The position numbers and the translations under genes are program-made. A model generated the notes under the pieces. The model was not told the origin of the DNA and made no database searches. It saw only the letters and a list, made by a program, of their open reading frames with translations. A stretch of DNA of 44,404 bases from contig NYZX01000007.1 of NCBI GenBank assembly GCA_002686065.1, positions 1-44,404 of the forward strand, read 5' to 3'. This document shows, piece after piece, positions 33,063 to 42,618 of the stretch; position 1 is the stretch's first letter; every line of letters begins with the position of its first letter. Source of the DNA: Pseudobdellovibrionaceae bacterium. Its GTDB lineage: Bacteria > Bdellovibrionota > Bdellovibrionia > Bdellovibrionales > UBA1609.

Positions 33063-33683
33063 ATGAAATCCATTATTGCTATTTCCATGCTTCTATTAGC
33101 ACAAGCGGCATACAGTTGTCCTGAAGGCCAAGTTTGCTCTGGCCAAGTTGTTATTCCAGATAATTACACCCGCGGTTTCGCTGAGGTCATCGCCATTAAC
33201 ACATCAACAGACGTGATCACCGTCAAAGGCAACCTGTCTCGTGACTTTCATCGCTATCCGATGTCCCAGCTAGCACTGACCGAAGGTTGCTTGGATCGAA
33301 TCTGCGTCGACAACAAGGTCATTCCTGATAGCTATACAAAGGGCTACGCCGACGTAAAAGCAATTAACTACCACTCGAATCGTTTTGTCGTAAAAGGCAA
33401 CTTTTCAAACGAATACCACCGCTACCGCAGTGATAAAATGGCTAAGACTCGTGGATGCCTACGTGGTATCTGTGTTGGCGATAAAGTTTTTCCAGACAGC
33501 TACTCGCGCGGATATGCCGAAGTCCGGGCTATCAATCACGACTCTCGCAAATATGTCGTGAAGGGCAATTTATCTGACAAGTACCACCGCTATGAAAAAC
33601 GCGAACTGGCTTTAATGGAAGCCTGCCATGACTACAGCGATGACGAACGACACGGCCGTCATCGTCGAGGCGGACGACCCTAA
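33063..33683 (+). CDS. secreted protein of three tandem ~56-aa Cys-framed repeats with basic C-terminal tail
   Basis: Signal peptide. Repeats C-x3-4-C-x4-V(I/F)PD(N/S)Y(T/S)(R/K)G(F/Y)A(E/D)V.AIN...(V/I)VKGN(L/F)S..(F/Y)HRY at residues 19-75, 76-131 and 132-187. Tail is DDERHGRHRRGGRP. Confidence 0.7.
   Translation: MKSIIAISMLLLAQAAYSCPEGQVCSGQVVIPDNYTRGFAEVIAINTSTDVITVKGNLSRDFHRYPMSQLALTEGCLDRICVDNKVIPDSYTKGYADVKAINYHSNRFVVKGNFSNEYHRYRSDKMAKTRGCLRGICVGDKVFPDSYSRGYAEVRAINHDSRKYVVKGNLSDKYHRYEKRELALMEACHDYSDDERHGRHRRGGRP
33117..33623 (+). repeat. three tandem coding repeats (171, 168 and 168 nt), diverged at nucleotide level
   Basis: Repeat units at 33117..33287, 33288..33455 and 33456..33623. 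The protein-level periodicity is clear, while the DNA copies differ at many synonymous sites. Confidence 0.75.
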
Positions 33684-33706
33684 ATAAGGCGATACCGTTT
33701 AAAAAC

Positions 33707-33739
33707 AAAAAAAGCGATGCTTCTGGCATCGCTTTTTTT
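33707..33739. terminator. bidirectional rho-independent terminator
   Basis: AAAAAAAGCGATGC-TTCTG-GCATCGCTTTTTTT between convergent genes. Confidence 0.8.
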
Positions 33740-33764
33740 ATGCTCGCAGGAGATAAAACTCGCC

Positions 33765-34742
33765 TTAGGCCTGAGTGACTTTCTGCTCGATGGTCCCAAA
33801 GATGTTGGCACCGTTCGCATCTCGCATTTCAATTTTAATGCGATCGCCAACCTTCATAAAGGGAGTTTTAAACTCCCCGTCGTTGATCTTTTCAAGCATT
33901 CGTTTTTCAGCCAAACAGCTGCTTCCACGTGTAGGGTCTTCGTTTGAAACCGTTCCACTGCCAATCACCGTTCCTGCTGAAAGGTTTCTGGTCCGAGCCG
34001 CATGCGCAATCAACTGACCGAAGTGAAAGTGCATTTGTCCAGCATCCGCGTTTCCAAAAAACTGATCATTGTATTCAACCAATAAAGGCAAATGAATGCG
34101 CCCCTCACGGTAAGCGTTTCCAAGCTCATCGGCAGTCACCGCAAACGGAGCAAAAGCCGACGATGGCTTTGATTGGAAAAAGCCAAAGCCCTGTTTGAGC
34201 TCTTCGGGAATCAATCCACGAAGCGAAACATCGTTGGCGATCATAAACAACTTGATATGGTCTAAAGCTTTTTCAGGACTGACACCCATAGGAACATCAT
34301 CTGTGATCACACAAACTTCACCTTCAAAATCCGTCCCATGTGCAAAGTCGACCTGAGGGATATCTTCCGTCGGAGCCAAAAAGGTATCGCTGCCCCCCTG
34401 ATACATTAAGGGAACCGTCAAAAGTGTTTCAGGAAGCTCAGCCCCGCGAGCCATTCGGACAAGCTTAATATGATGAATAAAAGCAGAGCCGTCAGCCCAC
34501 TGAAAGCTACGAGGTATGGCCGAATGAAGCTCTTCGTTTTCGATTTCAAAGGCCTCTGTTAGCCCGCCCAAATTCAGCTGGTCGTACAGGGATTTTAACT
34601 TCGGCTCGCACTCGGGCCAGTTTTCAACCGCCTCTCGTAGTGAATCCGCAATGCCTGTGGCTTTAATACCGTATTTATTGTCTCGACTAACAACGATCAG
34701 CTGACCGTCACGACTTGATGATTTCAAGCTTCCTAGTTTCAT
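33765..34742 (-). CDS. fumarylacetoacetate hydrolase (FAH) family protein
   Basis: 325 aa. MKLGSLKSSSRDGQLIVVSRDN N-terminal domain plus a FAH-fold C-terminal half (GSGTVSN, GDRIKIEM). The maiA neighbour supports a fumarylacetoacetate/fumarylpyruvate role. Confidence 0.7.
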   Translation of the reverse strand: MKLGSLKSSSRDGQLIVVSRDNKYGIKATGIADSLREAVENWPECEPKLKSLYDQLNLGGLTEAFEIENEELHSAIPRSFQWADGSAFIHHIKLVRMARGAELPETLLTVPLMYQGGSDTFLAPTEDIPQVDFAHGTDFEGEVCVITDDVPMGVSPEKALDHIKLFMIANDVSLRGLIPEELKQGFGFFQSKPSSAFAPFAVTADELGNAYREGRIHLPLLVEYNDQFFGNADAGQMHFHFGQLIAHAARTRNLSAGTVIGSGTVSNEDPTRGSSCLAEKRMLEKINDGEFKTPFMKVGDRIKIEMRDANGANIFGTIEQKVTQA

Positions 34743-34756
34743 AGTGATTCCTTTAT

Positions 34757-35284
34757 TTAATCCTCACGAAGATGCTGGATCTGACGGTTGTCATCAATAC
34801 GCCAAACATCAAAATCGCCATCTTCATCTAAATTAGAAATGGCATAAAACACAAACTTCGACGACAGCCCCCGGCACAACTCAGCGTCCTCAAAGGCCTC
34901 GACCAGGCCGACCTCTTGCTCTTGGGCTTTGACCCCAAAAAACACCGGCACTGAATCCCCACAGCTGGCCACTCCCCCAAAAGCATACCGACGACGGTTA
35001 CCCGGGGTAAATAACTTAGCATCTTTAAAATCCATATACCCACGCAATTGGGCCACATCAAAAGTCATGCTTTGGTTTTTATCAAAATAACGTTCCTGTG
35101 CCGTTACCAATGCAAACAAACCCCAGCTCGCCTCGGACTGTTGGATTGGTTTAGGGTTGAAACTTTTTATTAATACAACACTGACAACCAAACCCAAGGC
35201 CGCCAAAACAAATAGGCCCATGACAAAACGTTTCCAAATGGGCGACTGCTTTTCTAACAAAGGATCGCTACTGACCTGATCCAT
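34757..35284 (-). CDS. membrane-anchored hypothetical protein
   Basis: One N-terminal TM helix. Start overlaps the gpx stop (TAATG). No family recognised. Confidence 0.5.
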   Translation of the reverse strand: MDQVSSDPLLEKQSPIWKRFVMGLFVLAALGLVVSVVLIKSFNPKPIQQSEASWGLFALVTAQERYFDKNQSMTFDVAQLRGYMDFKDAKLFTPGNRRRYAFGGVASCGDSVPVFFGVKAQEQEVGLVEAFEDAELCRGLSSKFVFYAISNLDEDGDFDVWRIDDNRQIQHLRED

Positions 35285-35820
35285 TACAGCTCCCCCTCAA
35301 TGGCCTGAACCAGCCGATCGGATTCTGGTTCAACATCTGACATGAATCGCTTCACAACTCGGCCCTTTTTATTCACTAGGATCTTTTCAAAATTCCAACG
35401 GATGTCACTTGAGTCATCTGTTTGGGACAACAAATTACGGTAGACAGGGTTGCGACTAGGACCATTGACGTCACTTTTTGCGGCCATAGGGAATGTCACC
35501 GAATAGGAGGTGTCACAAAATTCTTTGATCTGCTTATTCGATCCTGGCTCTTGGCGTCCAAACTGATTACTTGGAAACCCGAACACCACCAAGCCGCGGC
35601 CTTGATATTTTTGATACAAAGACTGAAGCCCTTTATATTGATCTGTGTAGCCACACCGTGAGGCCGTGTTCACAAACAAAACCACCTTGCCCTTGAGCTG
35701 GCTAAAATCATAGGTCTCGCCCGTCAATGTTTTCACTTTCATCTTATGCAAAGATGGCCCAGCGGCAAAGGCCGACGTAACCATACACAATAGGCATAAG
35801 GCAGCTAGAATCCTCTTCAT
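35284..35820 (-). CDS. glutathione peroxidase (Cys-type, exported)
   Basis: LFVNTASRCGYT, GFPSNQFGRQEPG and WNFEKILV motifs. Signal peptide. GGAGG SD. Confidence 0.85.
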   Translation of the reverse strand: MKRILAALCLLCMVTSAFAAGPSLHKMKVKTLTGETYDFSQLKGKVVLFVNTASRCGYTDQYKGLQSLYQKYQGRGLVVFGFPSNQFGRQEPGSNKQIKEFCDTSYSVTFPMAAKSDVNGPSRNPVYRNLLSQTDDSSDIRWNFEKILVNKKGRVVKRFMSDVEPESDRLVQAIEGEL

Positions 35821-35894
35821 TGCAGGCCTCCGTTGCGGTAGTTATGATACACCTAAAATGCCCCCTGCGGGCCCAGGAAGCAAGGAATCTACCG

Positions 35895-36560
35895 ATGTAT
35901 AACGACGGCTTTGGAATGAAAGTAAAACTATATAGCTACTGGCGGAGCTCCAGCTCCTACCGTGTGCGTTGTGCCCTGAATTTAAAGGGCATCGAGTACG
36001 ATATCTTTCCTGTTCACCTGGTAAAAGATGGGGGAGAACATCGCACGGAAAATTTTCAATCCCTGAACCCCAAGATGGAAGTTCCGGTCCTAGAAATGGA
36101 CGGGCTTATCCTGACACAATCTATGGCCATGATGGACTTTTTGGAGTCCCGCTACGAAGACCCCAAACTGTTTCCCGAGTCACCGACTTTACGCGCAAAG
36201 GCCATCGAGCTGTGTGAAATCATCAATAGCGGTATTCAACCCCTACAGAACCTAGGAACCCTAAAAACCCTTGAGGCTTTTTATCAAATCGACCGCGGGC
36301 AATGGCCCGACTGGATCAGACACTGGATTTCATTGGGGTTTAAAGCCCTAGAAGTTCAATTGGCCAAGCGCACCGACCCTTTTAGCTTCGGTAAGCGCCC
36401 CGGCGTCCTCGAATGTTATTTGGTGCCTCAGGTTTACAACGCCAATCGCTATGAACTCGATATGTCCCCTTTTCCGCGAATTCAAAAAATCTACGATCGC
36501 TGCATGCAACTTGAGCCTTTTCAGCTCGCCGCCCCAGAGGCCCAGCCAGACGCCGAATAG
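35895..36560 (+). CDS. maiA: maleylacetoacetate isomerase (GST zeta class)
   Basis: KLYSYWRSSSSYRVRCALNLKGIEYD ... LNPKMEVPVL. ATG 35895 has AAGGAA 7 nt upstream. The alternative ATG 35916 matches homologue N-termini better. Confidence 0.8.
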   Translation: MYNDGFGMKVKLYSYWRSSSSYRVRCALNLKGIEYDIFPVHLVKDGGEHRTENFQSLNPKMEVPVLEMDGLILTQSMAMMDFLESRYEDPKLFPESPTLRAKAIELCEIINSGIQPLQNLGTLKTLEAFYQIDRGQWPDWIRHWISLGFKALEVQLAKRTDPFSFGKRPGVLECYLVPQVYNANRYELDMSPFPRIQKIYDRCMQLEPFQLAAPEAQPDAE

Positions 36561-36641
36561 CTTTGATGCACCTTTTCCTTGAGTGCGTCGCTTTCTAAGC
36601 AGGACTAAAGTGAATTAACTGAAAAATGTTAAGGAGTCCTT

Positions 36642-37604
36642 ATGAAAGCGTTAATGGCTTTTTTACTTATTGCGTCCACACCCTCTGTATGGGCCATCGA
36701 AACGGTCTGTAAGCACTCCGTTGAAACCGGTCGTGACAGTGTACGAACAAATTCACCCGTCTTTAGTGATTCACATGATGGCGAGGTATACAGCGCTCAG
36801 CGCCGATCCGGAGGCTACCAAGTCCGCCGACACTTTCAGGATCACTTTGCCGAATCAGAACTTTTGTGGACCTCGGCCGAACGGATTTACAAACTTCAGG
36901 CGTCCAATGACACCCTCTGGCTTCTAACCAAGTCACACTTATTGGCTTTTGAAATCGAAACTAAAACCATTCGATCCCGCTATGCCACTACCACCGAAAC
37001 TTTAACTCGCCCACACCAACGCGCACATAGTTTTTTTATTCAAGACGATATGGCCTATGTGGCTCACGGCAGCCTGGGTGTTTCGCAAATCGATTTAAAC
37101 ACCGGTGACATCGTAAAGACCTCTTCGTTTGGAATGCACCAGTCCAACGGGCATGTTTCTAAGGCGACGGACATTCTGGCTTTAAGTGATCGCGAATTTT
37201 TAGTCCTCGCAGAAAGCGTGACTTTATCTCGCATGGCTCCCTTCGCCTTCAATGGCTTGGTCAAAGGACAAACGACTGATCTACAGGCGACCAGTTGGCA
37301 CGAATACAATCGCGCCCACGCAGGAGTCATTGCCTACGCTCGATTCAAAAAATTCAACGACGAAATCCTTATCAATAACGTCGGAACGTTTCACCGAATC
37401 AAACTAGAAAAGCTTGCTCAATCGGATCGCTCGATTATTCCAAGATATCATAGCCTGAATGAAACCGACCGGCAGGTGTACCGAGACCTTATTGGCGACT
37501 TCACAGTGGTTGATGGCCGGATCGTGGTTTGTGCACAAGTTGTTCGTGTTGACCGTGATTCACAGAATTCAAGCTACAGCACAGAGACCCTTCGCCTCCA
37601 GTAG
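36642..37604 (+). CDS. secreted hypothetical protein (possibly beta-propeller-like)
   Basis: AAGGAG SD and signal peptide. AYVAHGSLGVSQIDLNTGDIV is faintly LVIVD-repeat-like. Not securely assigned. Confidence 0.5.
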   Translation: MKALMAFLLIASTPSVWAIETVCKHSVETGRDSVRTNSPVFSDSHDGEVYSAQRRSGGYQVRRHFQDHFAESELLWTSAERIYKLQASNDTLWLLTKSHLLAFEIETKTIRSRYATTTETLTRPHQRAHSFFIQDDMAYVAHGSLGVSQIDLNTGDIVKTSSFGMHQSNGHVSKATDILALSDREFLVLAESVTLSRMAPFAFNGLVKGQTTDLQATSWHEYNRAHAGVIAYARFKKFNDEILINNVGTFHRIKLEKLAQSDRSIIPRYHSLNETDRQVYRDLIGDFTVVDGRIVVCAQVVRVDRDSQNSSYSTETLRLQ

Positions 37605-37628
37605 CTGATGCATTTGGTCCCAGTGCCC

Positions 37629-38135
37629 CTAGGCCTGGGACTCCAGTTCAAGAAGGGCGCGCTTTCGTTCAATGCCGCCCGCATAGCCTGTCAACTTACC
37701 ATCCGTACCAATCACCCTGTGACAGGGAATAACAATCGCCAATTGGTTTCGCCCATTCGCACTCGCCACAGCCCGAATCGCCCGTAAGTTCCCAAGTTGT
37801 TCGGACTGCTCCTTATAAGTACGAGTTTCACCAAAGGGGATCTTCCTTAGCTGGGTCCACACTTGTTTTTGAAAAGGCGTTCCCATCATCAATAGGGGCA
37901 GATCAAACTGCTGCCTATGGCCCATGAAGTATTCACTCAGTTGGCTCTCAAGGCGTTCAAGCACCTGATTCTTTTCGGTCTTTACCGCCGAACCAAATAG
38001 CCGGGCTAATTTTTGAATTTGTTGCTCCAGGCCCACTCGATCGTGAAACTCAAGCATGACCAAGCGCCGTGGGGTCGCCACTGCAACCATCTGACCCATC
38101 GGGGTCGTTATTTTAATTGTTACAAGTGTATCCAC
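37629..38135 (-). CDS. ogt: methylated-DNA--protein-cysteine methyltransferase
   Basis: Active site IPCHRVIG. TYKEQSEQLGNLRAIRAVASANGRN helix-turn-wing. GTG start overlapping the ctaB 3' end by 16 nt. Confidence 0.85.
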   Translation of the reverse strand: MDTLVTIKITTPMGQMVAVATPRRLVMLEFHDRVGLEQQIQKLARLFGSAVKTEKNQVLERLESQLSEYFMGHRQQFDLPLLMMGTPFQKQVWTQLRKIPFGETRTYKEQSEQLGNLRAIRAVASANGRNQLAIVIPCHRVIGTDGKLTGYAGGIERKRALLELESQA

Positions 38136-38980
38136 TTGTCCACCACCGGAGCGATTACAAAAGCCAACATGCTAAAGTTGGTCCATAGAAAAAAGGCCAA
38201 CCATCGTTTCTGACCATCCGATCGAAAGTAGCGCAAGAACTCAATCGCCACCATGACGGAAAAAGGCAAGATCAGTACAAAGTAGGTGTACTTGGTCTGA
38301 ACAAAGATCGGTGAGGCCAAGGCCACTCCGAGATAGACGATCGTATATAGGCCGATATGATAAAGAGTCTTAGGTACTCCAATGGCAACCGGTAAGGTAG
38401 GAATTCCGCCTTTTGCATAGTCTTCTTTATATTTGATCGCTAAACACCAAAAGTGCGGCATTTGCCAAAGGAACATAATTAAAAATAAATAGAACATATC
38501 CGGCACGAATAGATTCGGCTGTGCCACAGAAAATCCAATCACAACAGGCATGGCACCAGGTATGGCCCCAGGCACAGCGCCAAAAACCATTTTCCGTTTC
38601 CAGTACAGGGTATAAAATCCGTTGTACATAACCACCGTGGCAAGACCCAAGTAGGCCGTCATCGGACGCAACAAAAACAGCACCAAAAACCCAAAAACGA
38701 CAAAGATGATTCCAATGGCATAGGCCTGCCAAGGGCGAAGAATCCCCTTCGGTATGGGACGATCTGCCGTTCGCGGCATTTCTTTATCAATTTCCCATTC
38801 CTGGGCCTGATTTAAGGTAAAGCTACCGGCGCTTAAAAAGTAAAGCCCCACCAACAGCAAAACAGGAACAACGGGATCAAAAGGGCTATACATATCATAG
38901 GCCAAGGCATAGCCAGCCAGCCCCGTTAACAGAACAAAGATAACAATTCCAATTTTGGTTAAATCAAAAAATGCTTGCAC
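38120..38980 (-). CDS. ctaB: protoheme IX farnesyltransferase (heme O synthase)
   Basis: UbiA-family TM protein with NQAQEWEIDKEMPRTADRPIP. Start moved to GTG 38980 (MQAFFDLTKIGIV...) because a terminator-like hairpin lies inside the longer ORF. Confidence 0.8.
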   Translation of the reverse strand: MQAFFDLTKIGIVIFVLLTGLAGYALAYDMYSPFDPVVPVLLLVGLYFLSAGSFTLNQAQEWEIDKEMPRTADRPIPKGILRPWQAYAIGIIFVVFGFLVLFLLRPMTAYLGLATVVMYNGFYTLYWKRKMVFGAVPGAIPGAMPVVIGFSVAQPNLFVPDMFYLFLIMFLWQMPHFWCLAIKYKEDYAKGGIPTLPVAIGVPKTLYHIGLYTIVYLGVALASPIFVQTKYTYFVLILPFSVMVAIEFLRYFRSDGQKRWLAFFLWTNFSMLAFVIAPVVDKWIHL

Positions 38981-38995
38981 GCTTAATGGTGTAAC

Positions 38996-39022
38996 AAAAA
39001 AAGGCGCCCTTGGCGCCCTTTT
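38996..39022 (-). terminator. intra-operon terminator/attenuator hairpin
   Basis: The minus strand reads AAAAGGGCGCC-AAG-GGCGCCTTTTTTT: a 6-bp GC stem with A/U extension and a 7-U tract, between the subunit IV gene and ctaB. Confidence 0.5.
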
Positions 39023-39070
39023 AATGGATGTCTTTGCCTGATAAAACAGCAAAGTTTTCTGTCGATTTGC

Positions 39071-39376
39071 CTACAGCGTGCTTTGCTCTAAGACCCGGCT
39101 AGCGATATCGATCTTCGAAACCAGGAATAAAAGAAGCAAAAAGAACACTCCGGACACTAAACAGACCGTGTGAAGTTTCTTTTGATACTTCAAACCCATG
39201 AAGATCGCTGCGACAAATGTCGCCTTAACAGTCGCAATCAAAAAAGCGATCGCATCACTGAAGATACCAAGATCAATTCCCGAAACCGGGCGTGCAACCA
39301 AAACGGTCAAGACCGTTAGTACGAAAAGCACCATCAAGACGTTAAAGTAACTTTTAGCTGGAATTACATGTGCCAT
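39071..39376 (-). CDS. cytochrome c oxidase subunit IV (prokaryotic COX4 family)
   Basis: 101 aa, three TM helices, position after subunit III, AGGGGA SD. Confidence 0.7.
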   Translation of the reverse strand: MAHVIPAKSYFNVLMVLFVLTVLTVLVARPVSGIDLGIFSDAIAFLIATVKATFVAAIFMGLKYQKKLHTVCLVSGVFFLLLLFLVSKIDIASRVLEQSTL

Positions 39377-39388
39377 GACGTCCCCTTT

Positions 39389-40048
39389 TTATCCGACCAA
39401 GTAAAGTAATGGAAATAGATAGATCCAGACCAAATCGACCAAATGCCAAAACAGTCCTACACCTTCAACCGGTGTATAAAATTTCGAGCTGAAATCACCG
39501 CGCTTGGCTCGAATGGCAACCCAAGCAATCAAGCCCATACCGATAATAACGTGAAGACCATGTAACCCCGTCATCATAAAGTAAAACGAGTAATACAAGG
39601 CCTGGTTAGCCGCCTCGAAGGTCGCATCATGTGGGTGAAAGAACTTCCCCGGTAAAAATCCGTGTCCGATTTTCCCCGAGTACTCGATGGCTTTAATCAC
39701 CATAAACCCAAGCCCACAGACAAAAGTGACAGCCAAATAATTAAAGGCTTTTTTGCCCTTATTCGTTTGGCAGCTATGAATCCCCATGGCCATGGTATAG
39801 GAGCTAATCAGAAGAATGATGGTGTTTAAGGCCCCCAACTTCCAATCCAAAGTTGCAGCCCCTGCTGCAAAAACCTCAGGGTATTTCGCGTGGTAAATAA
39901 AAAACGCAACAAACAAGCCACCAAACATCAGGATTTCTGTACAAAGAAACAGCCAAATCCCTAGCATGCTGGCATCAAATTCATGTTCCGCGCTGTTAAA
40001 ATGGTGCGCGTGATGATGTTCTGTCGAAGAAACGCTACCTGTACTCAT
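39389..40048 (-). CDS. ctaE: cytochrome c oxidase subunit III
   Basis: HHHAHHF...[18 protein letters not shown] ... [10 protein letters not shown]...[13 protein letters not shown] 40048 overlaps the subunit I stop by 14 nt. Confidence 0.85.
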   Translation of the reverse strand: MSTGSVSSTEHHHAHHFNSAEHEFDASMLGIWLFLCTEILMFGGLFVAFFIYHAKYPEVFAAGAATLDWKLGALNTIILLISSYTMAMGIHSCQTNKGKKAFNYLAVTFVCGLGFMVIKAIEYSGKIGHGFLPGKFFHPHDATFEAANQALYYSFYFMMTGLHGLHVIIGMGLIAWVAIRAKRGDFSSKFYTPVEGVGLFWHLVDLVWIYLFPLLYLVG

Positions 40049-41633
40049 AAGGCCCCGCCGTGACTTGTGGTTCGTAGTTGAAGTTTTCATGTGGAGGCGG
40101 TGAAGCCGTCTGCCACTCAAGAGTTTTAGCTCCCCAAGGGTTATCCGAAGCTTTTTCGCCGTTCATCATGCCTTGAATGATGGTCACAAGACCAATCACA
40201 AAACCGATTCCGATCATATAAGATCCCGCCGTCGAAACTTGGTTCAGATGCGTGTAGATCTCAAGGTAATCAAAGTAACGACGAGGCATCCCCATCGCAC
40301 CCAAAACAAACTGTGGGAAGAAGGTGACGTTAAAGCCAGTGAAGATAAACACAAAGCTCATTCGAGCCATACCTTCGCTGTACATCTTTCCGAACATTTT
40401 TGGGAACCAGTAGTAAATACCACCCATAATCGCCATCAAGGTTCCACCCACCATCACATAATGGAAGTGAGCCACAACAAAGTACGTATCATGGAAATGA
40501 ACATCCATCGCTAGTGTAGCTAGCATGATCCCCGTCACACCACCGATGGTGAACAGAAACAAAAACCCTAAAGCAAAAAGCATCGGCGACTGGAAGACAA
40601 TTGAACCCTTATATAAGGTCGCAACCCAGTTGAATGTTTTGATCGCTGTTGGAACACCAACAAGCATCGTCAAAAACGAGAAGATCACACCAGCTAGCTC
40701 TGACTGACCGCTGACATACATATGGTGACCCCATACGAAGAAACTAACGGCAGCAATCCCTAGGGATGAAAAGGCAATCGCGCGGTAACCGAAGATGGTC
40801 TTGCGTGAGAAGGCCGTGATGAGCTCACTGATGACACCCATCGCAGGAAGAATCATGATGTAAACCGCTGGATGCGAGTAGAACCAGAAAAAGTGCTGGA
40901 ACAAGACCGGATCACCGCCCAAGGCAGGATCAAAAAATCCAATCCCCAGCAAACGTTCCGCTGCGAGCAATAATAAAGTAATCGCTAAAACCGGTGTCGC
41001 CAGAACCTGAATGATCGCTGTTGAATACAGACCCCAGACAAATAACGGCATGCGGAAGAAGCTCATTCCCGGAGCCCGCAAGGTGTGAGTTGTGACGATA
41101 AAGTTAAGCCCCGTCAGGATGGACGAGAACCCCATCACGAAAGCCCCTAACACAACCCAGACCGTCCCCGAAGAGGCGTGTTCAATACTGTATGGTGTGT
41201 AGAAGGTCCAACCCGTGTCTGATCCGTTATAGATCAACGAAGTAAAGGTAATCAAAGCCCCAACCATTAAGCAGTACCAGCTCAATAAGTTCAGCCTAGG
41301 AAATGCCACATCCTTCGCCCCAAGATGTAAAGGTAAAACAAAGTTACCTAGGAAGGCTGGGATTCCTGGGATGATCACCATGAAGACCATAATGGCCCCA
41401 TGAAAGGTCATAGCTTGGTTATAGGTCTGACCGTCGCCTAAAATTCCCGGACCTGGCGCCGCCAGTTCGGTACGGATAAGCAGGGCAAAGATTCCACCAA
41501 GAAGGAAGAAAAACATCACCGACACCATATACATGATACCGATACGTTTATGATCTAGGGTGGTCAGCCAAGACCACAGGCCCTTTTCATGATTTAGATA
41601 ATTGTGTTCGCTTTCTGGGGTAGTGACCGCCAT
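40035..41633 (-). CDS. ctaD: cytochrome c oxidase subunit I
   Basis: Canonical heme-copper oxidase motifs ([34 protein letters not shown]). AGGAGG SD. Confidence 0.95.
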   Translation of the reverse strand: MAVTTPESEHNYLNHEKGLWSWLTTLDHKRIGIMYMVSVMFFFLLGGIFALLIRTELAAPGPGILGDGQTYNQAMTFHGAIMVFMVIIPGIPAFLGNFVLPLHLGAKDVAFPRLNLLSWYCLMVGALITFTSLIYNGSDTGWTFYTPYSIEHASSGTVWVVLGAFVMGFSSILTGLNFIVTTHTLRAPGMSFFRMPLFVWGLYSTAIIQVLATPVLAITLLLLAAERLLGIGFFDPALGGDPVLFQHFFWFYSHPAVYIMILPAMGVISELITAFSRKTIFGYRAIAFSSLGIAAVSFFVWGHHMYVSGQSELAGVIFSFLTMLVGVPTAIKTFNWVATLYKGSIVFQSPMLFALGFLFLFTIGGVTGIMLATLAMDVHFHDTYFVVAHFHYVMVGGTLMAIMGGIYYWFPKMFGKMYSEGMARMSFVFIFTGFNVTFFPQFVLGAMGMPRRYFDYLEIYTHLNQVSTAGSYMIGIGFVIGLVTIIQGMMNGEKASDNPWGAKTLEWQTASPPPHENFNYEPQVTAGPYEYR

Positions 41634-41643
41634 GAAAAGCCTC

Positions 41644-42606
41644 CTACTTCAATGTTTTGATGTACTCGATTAGACCCAAAAGTTCGTTTTCTGCTAGTTG
41701 CCCCTGGAACGAAATCATTCCATTTGGCGGATAACCTTCAACCACTTGCTTTTGCGGCATCAAGATCGAATCACGGATATAGTTCTCGTCCGCGACGGCC
41801 TGCGAGCCATCGGCGAATTGACGTTGTTTTTGGTATAGCCCAGCAAACCCTGGCCCCACCTTACGTTGATCGTTCACATTGTGACAGACCGTACATTTCT
41901 GAGAAAAGACCTTTTGTCCCACTTCAGCCAGGCTCAATCCTTTATAAGGGTTGTCTCCTAACCAAGTTTCGTACTCTTCTAGCGACACCACATTCAATGT
42001 TCCTAGCATCGCCGAGTGTTGATCACCGCAGTACTCTGTACAAAAAATCTGATAGCGACCCTGTTTTTCAGCTTCAAACCAAAGGGCTGTGTAACGGCCT
42101 GGGACCACGTCCTGTTTGATCCGGAACGACGGAATAAAGAAGCTATGGATCACATCTTGTGAAGTCATGATCAACTTCACTGGTACACCAACAGGAACTG
42201 TCAATTCAGCCGTCGTTCGCTTTCCAGATTTATACTGATAATCCCAGTTCCACTTCTTACCAAGAACGTGAATTTCAAGGGCATCATCCGGGAACGAGCG
42301 CATATCACGGTAAATCAACCAACCCCACGCAAAGACAACGATAAATAAGACGAAGGGAATAAAGCTCCAAAGGAACTCCAACGTGTTGTTATGACTAATG
42401 TAAGCGGTTTTATCGTCAGCCGTTTTGCGACGATACTTTAGTGCAAAGTAAATCAACCCACCAATAACAAGCACACAAGAGATCACACTGATCACTAATA
42501 GGAAGCTATAAAGTGAGTCGACCTTTTGCGCTACTTTCGTTCCTGCGATGGGCATGAACGATCGTCCGTGGGCCTGACTAATAAATGCGTAAAACAGGGC
42601 TAGCAT
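41644..42606 (-). CDS. ctaC: cytochrome c oxidase subunit II with fused C-terminal cytochrome c (caa3 type)
   Basis: CuA site [12 protein letters not shown] and heme c site CTVCHN. GAGGAG SD. Confidence 0.9.
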   Translation of the reverse strand: MLALFYAFISQAHGRSFMPIAGTKVAQKVDSLYSFLLVISVISCVLVIGGLIYFALKYRRKTADDKTAYISHNNTLEFLWSFIPFVLFIVVFAWGWLIYRDMRSFPDDALEIHVLGKKWNWDYQYKSGKRTTAELTVPVGVPVKLIMTSQDVIHSFFIPSFRIKQDVVPGRYTALWFEAEKQGRYQIFCTEYCGDQHSAMLGTLNVVSLEEYETWLGDNPYKGLSLAEVGQKVFSQKCTVCHNVNDQRKVGPGFAGLYQKQRQFADGSQAVADENYIRDSILMPQKQVVEGYPPNGMISFQGQLAENELLGLIEYIKTLK

Positions 42607-42618
42607 GTGTGTTCTCCT

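Noticed and set aside
130-42119. Many ORF-track entries nested in, or antisense to, well-supported genes. Examples: 130..351-, 769..957-, 2230..2505+, 4759..5264-, 9154..9893+, 11170..11611+, 14330..14731+, 24031..24679-, 26990..27361-, 38427..38732-, 40173..40707+ and 41724..42119+.
   Set aside because: They lie entirely within genes that carry strong family motifs on the other strand or in another frame. They have no SD or recognisable motif, and their compositions (Arg/Ser/Pro-rich) are typical of shadow ORFs.
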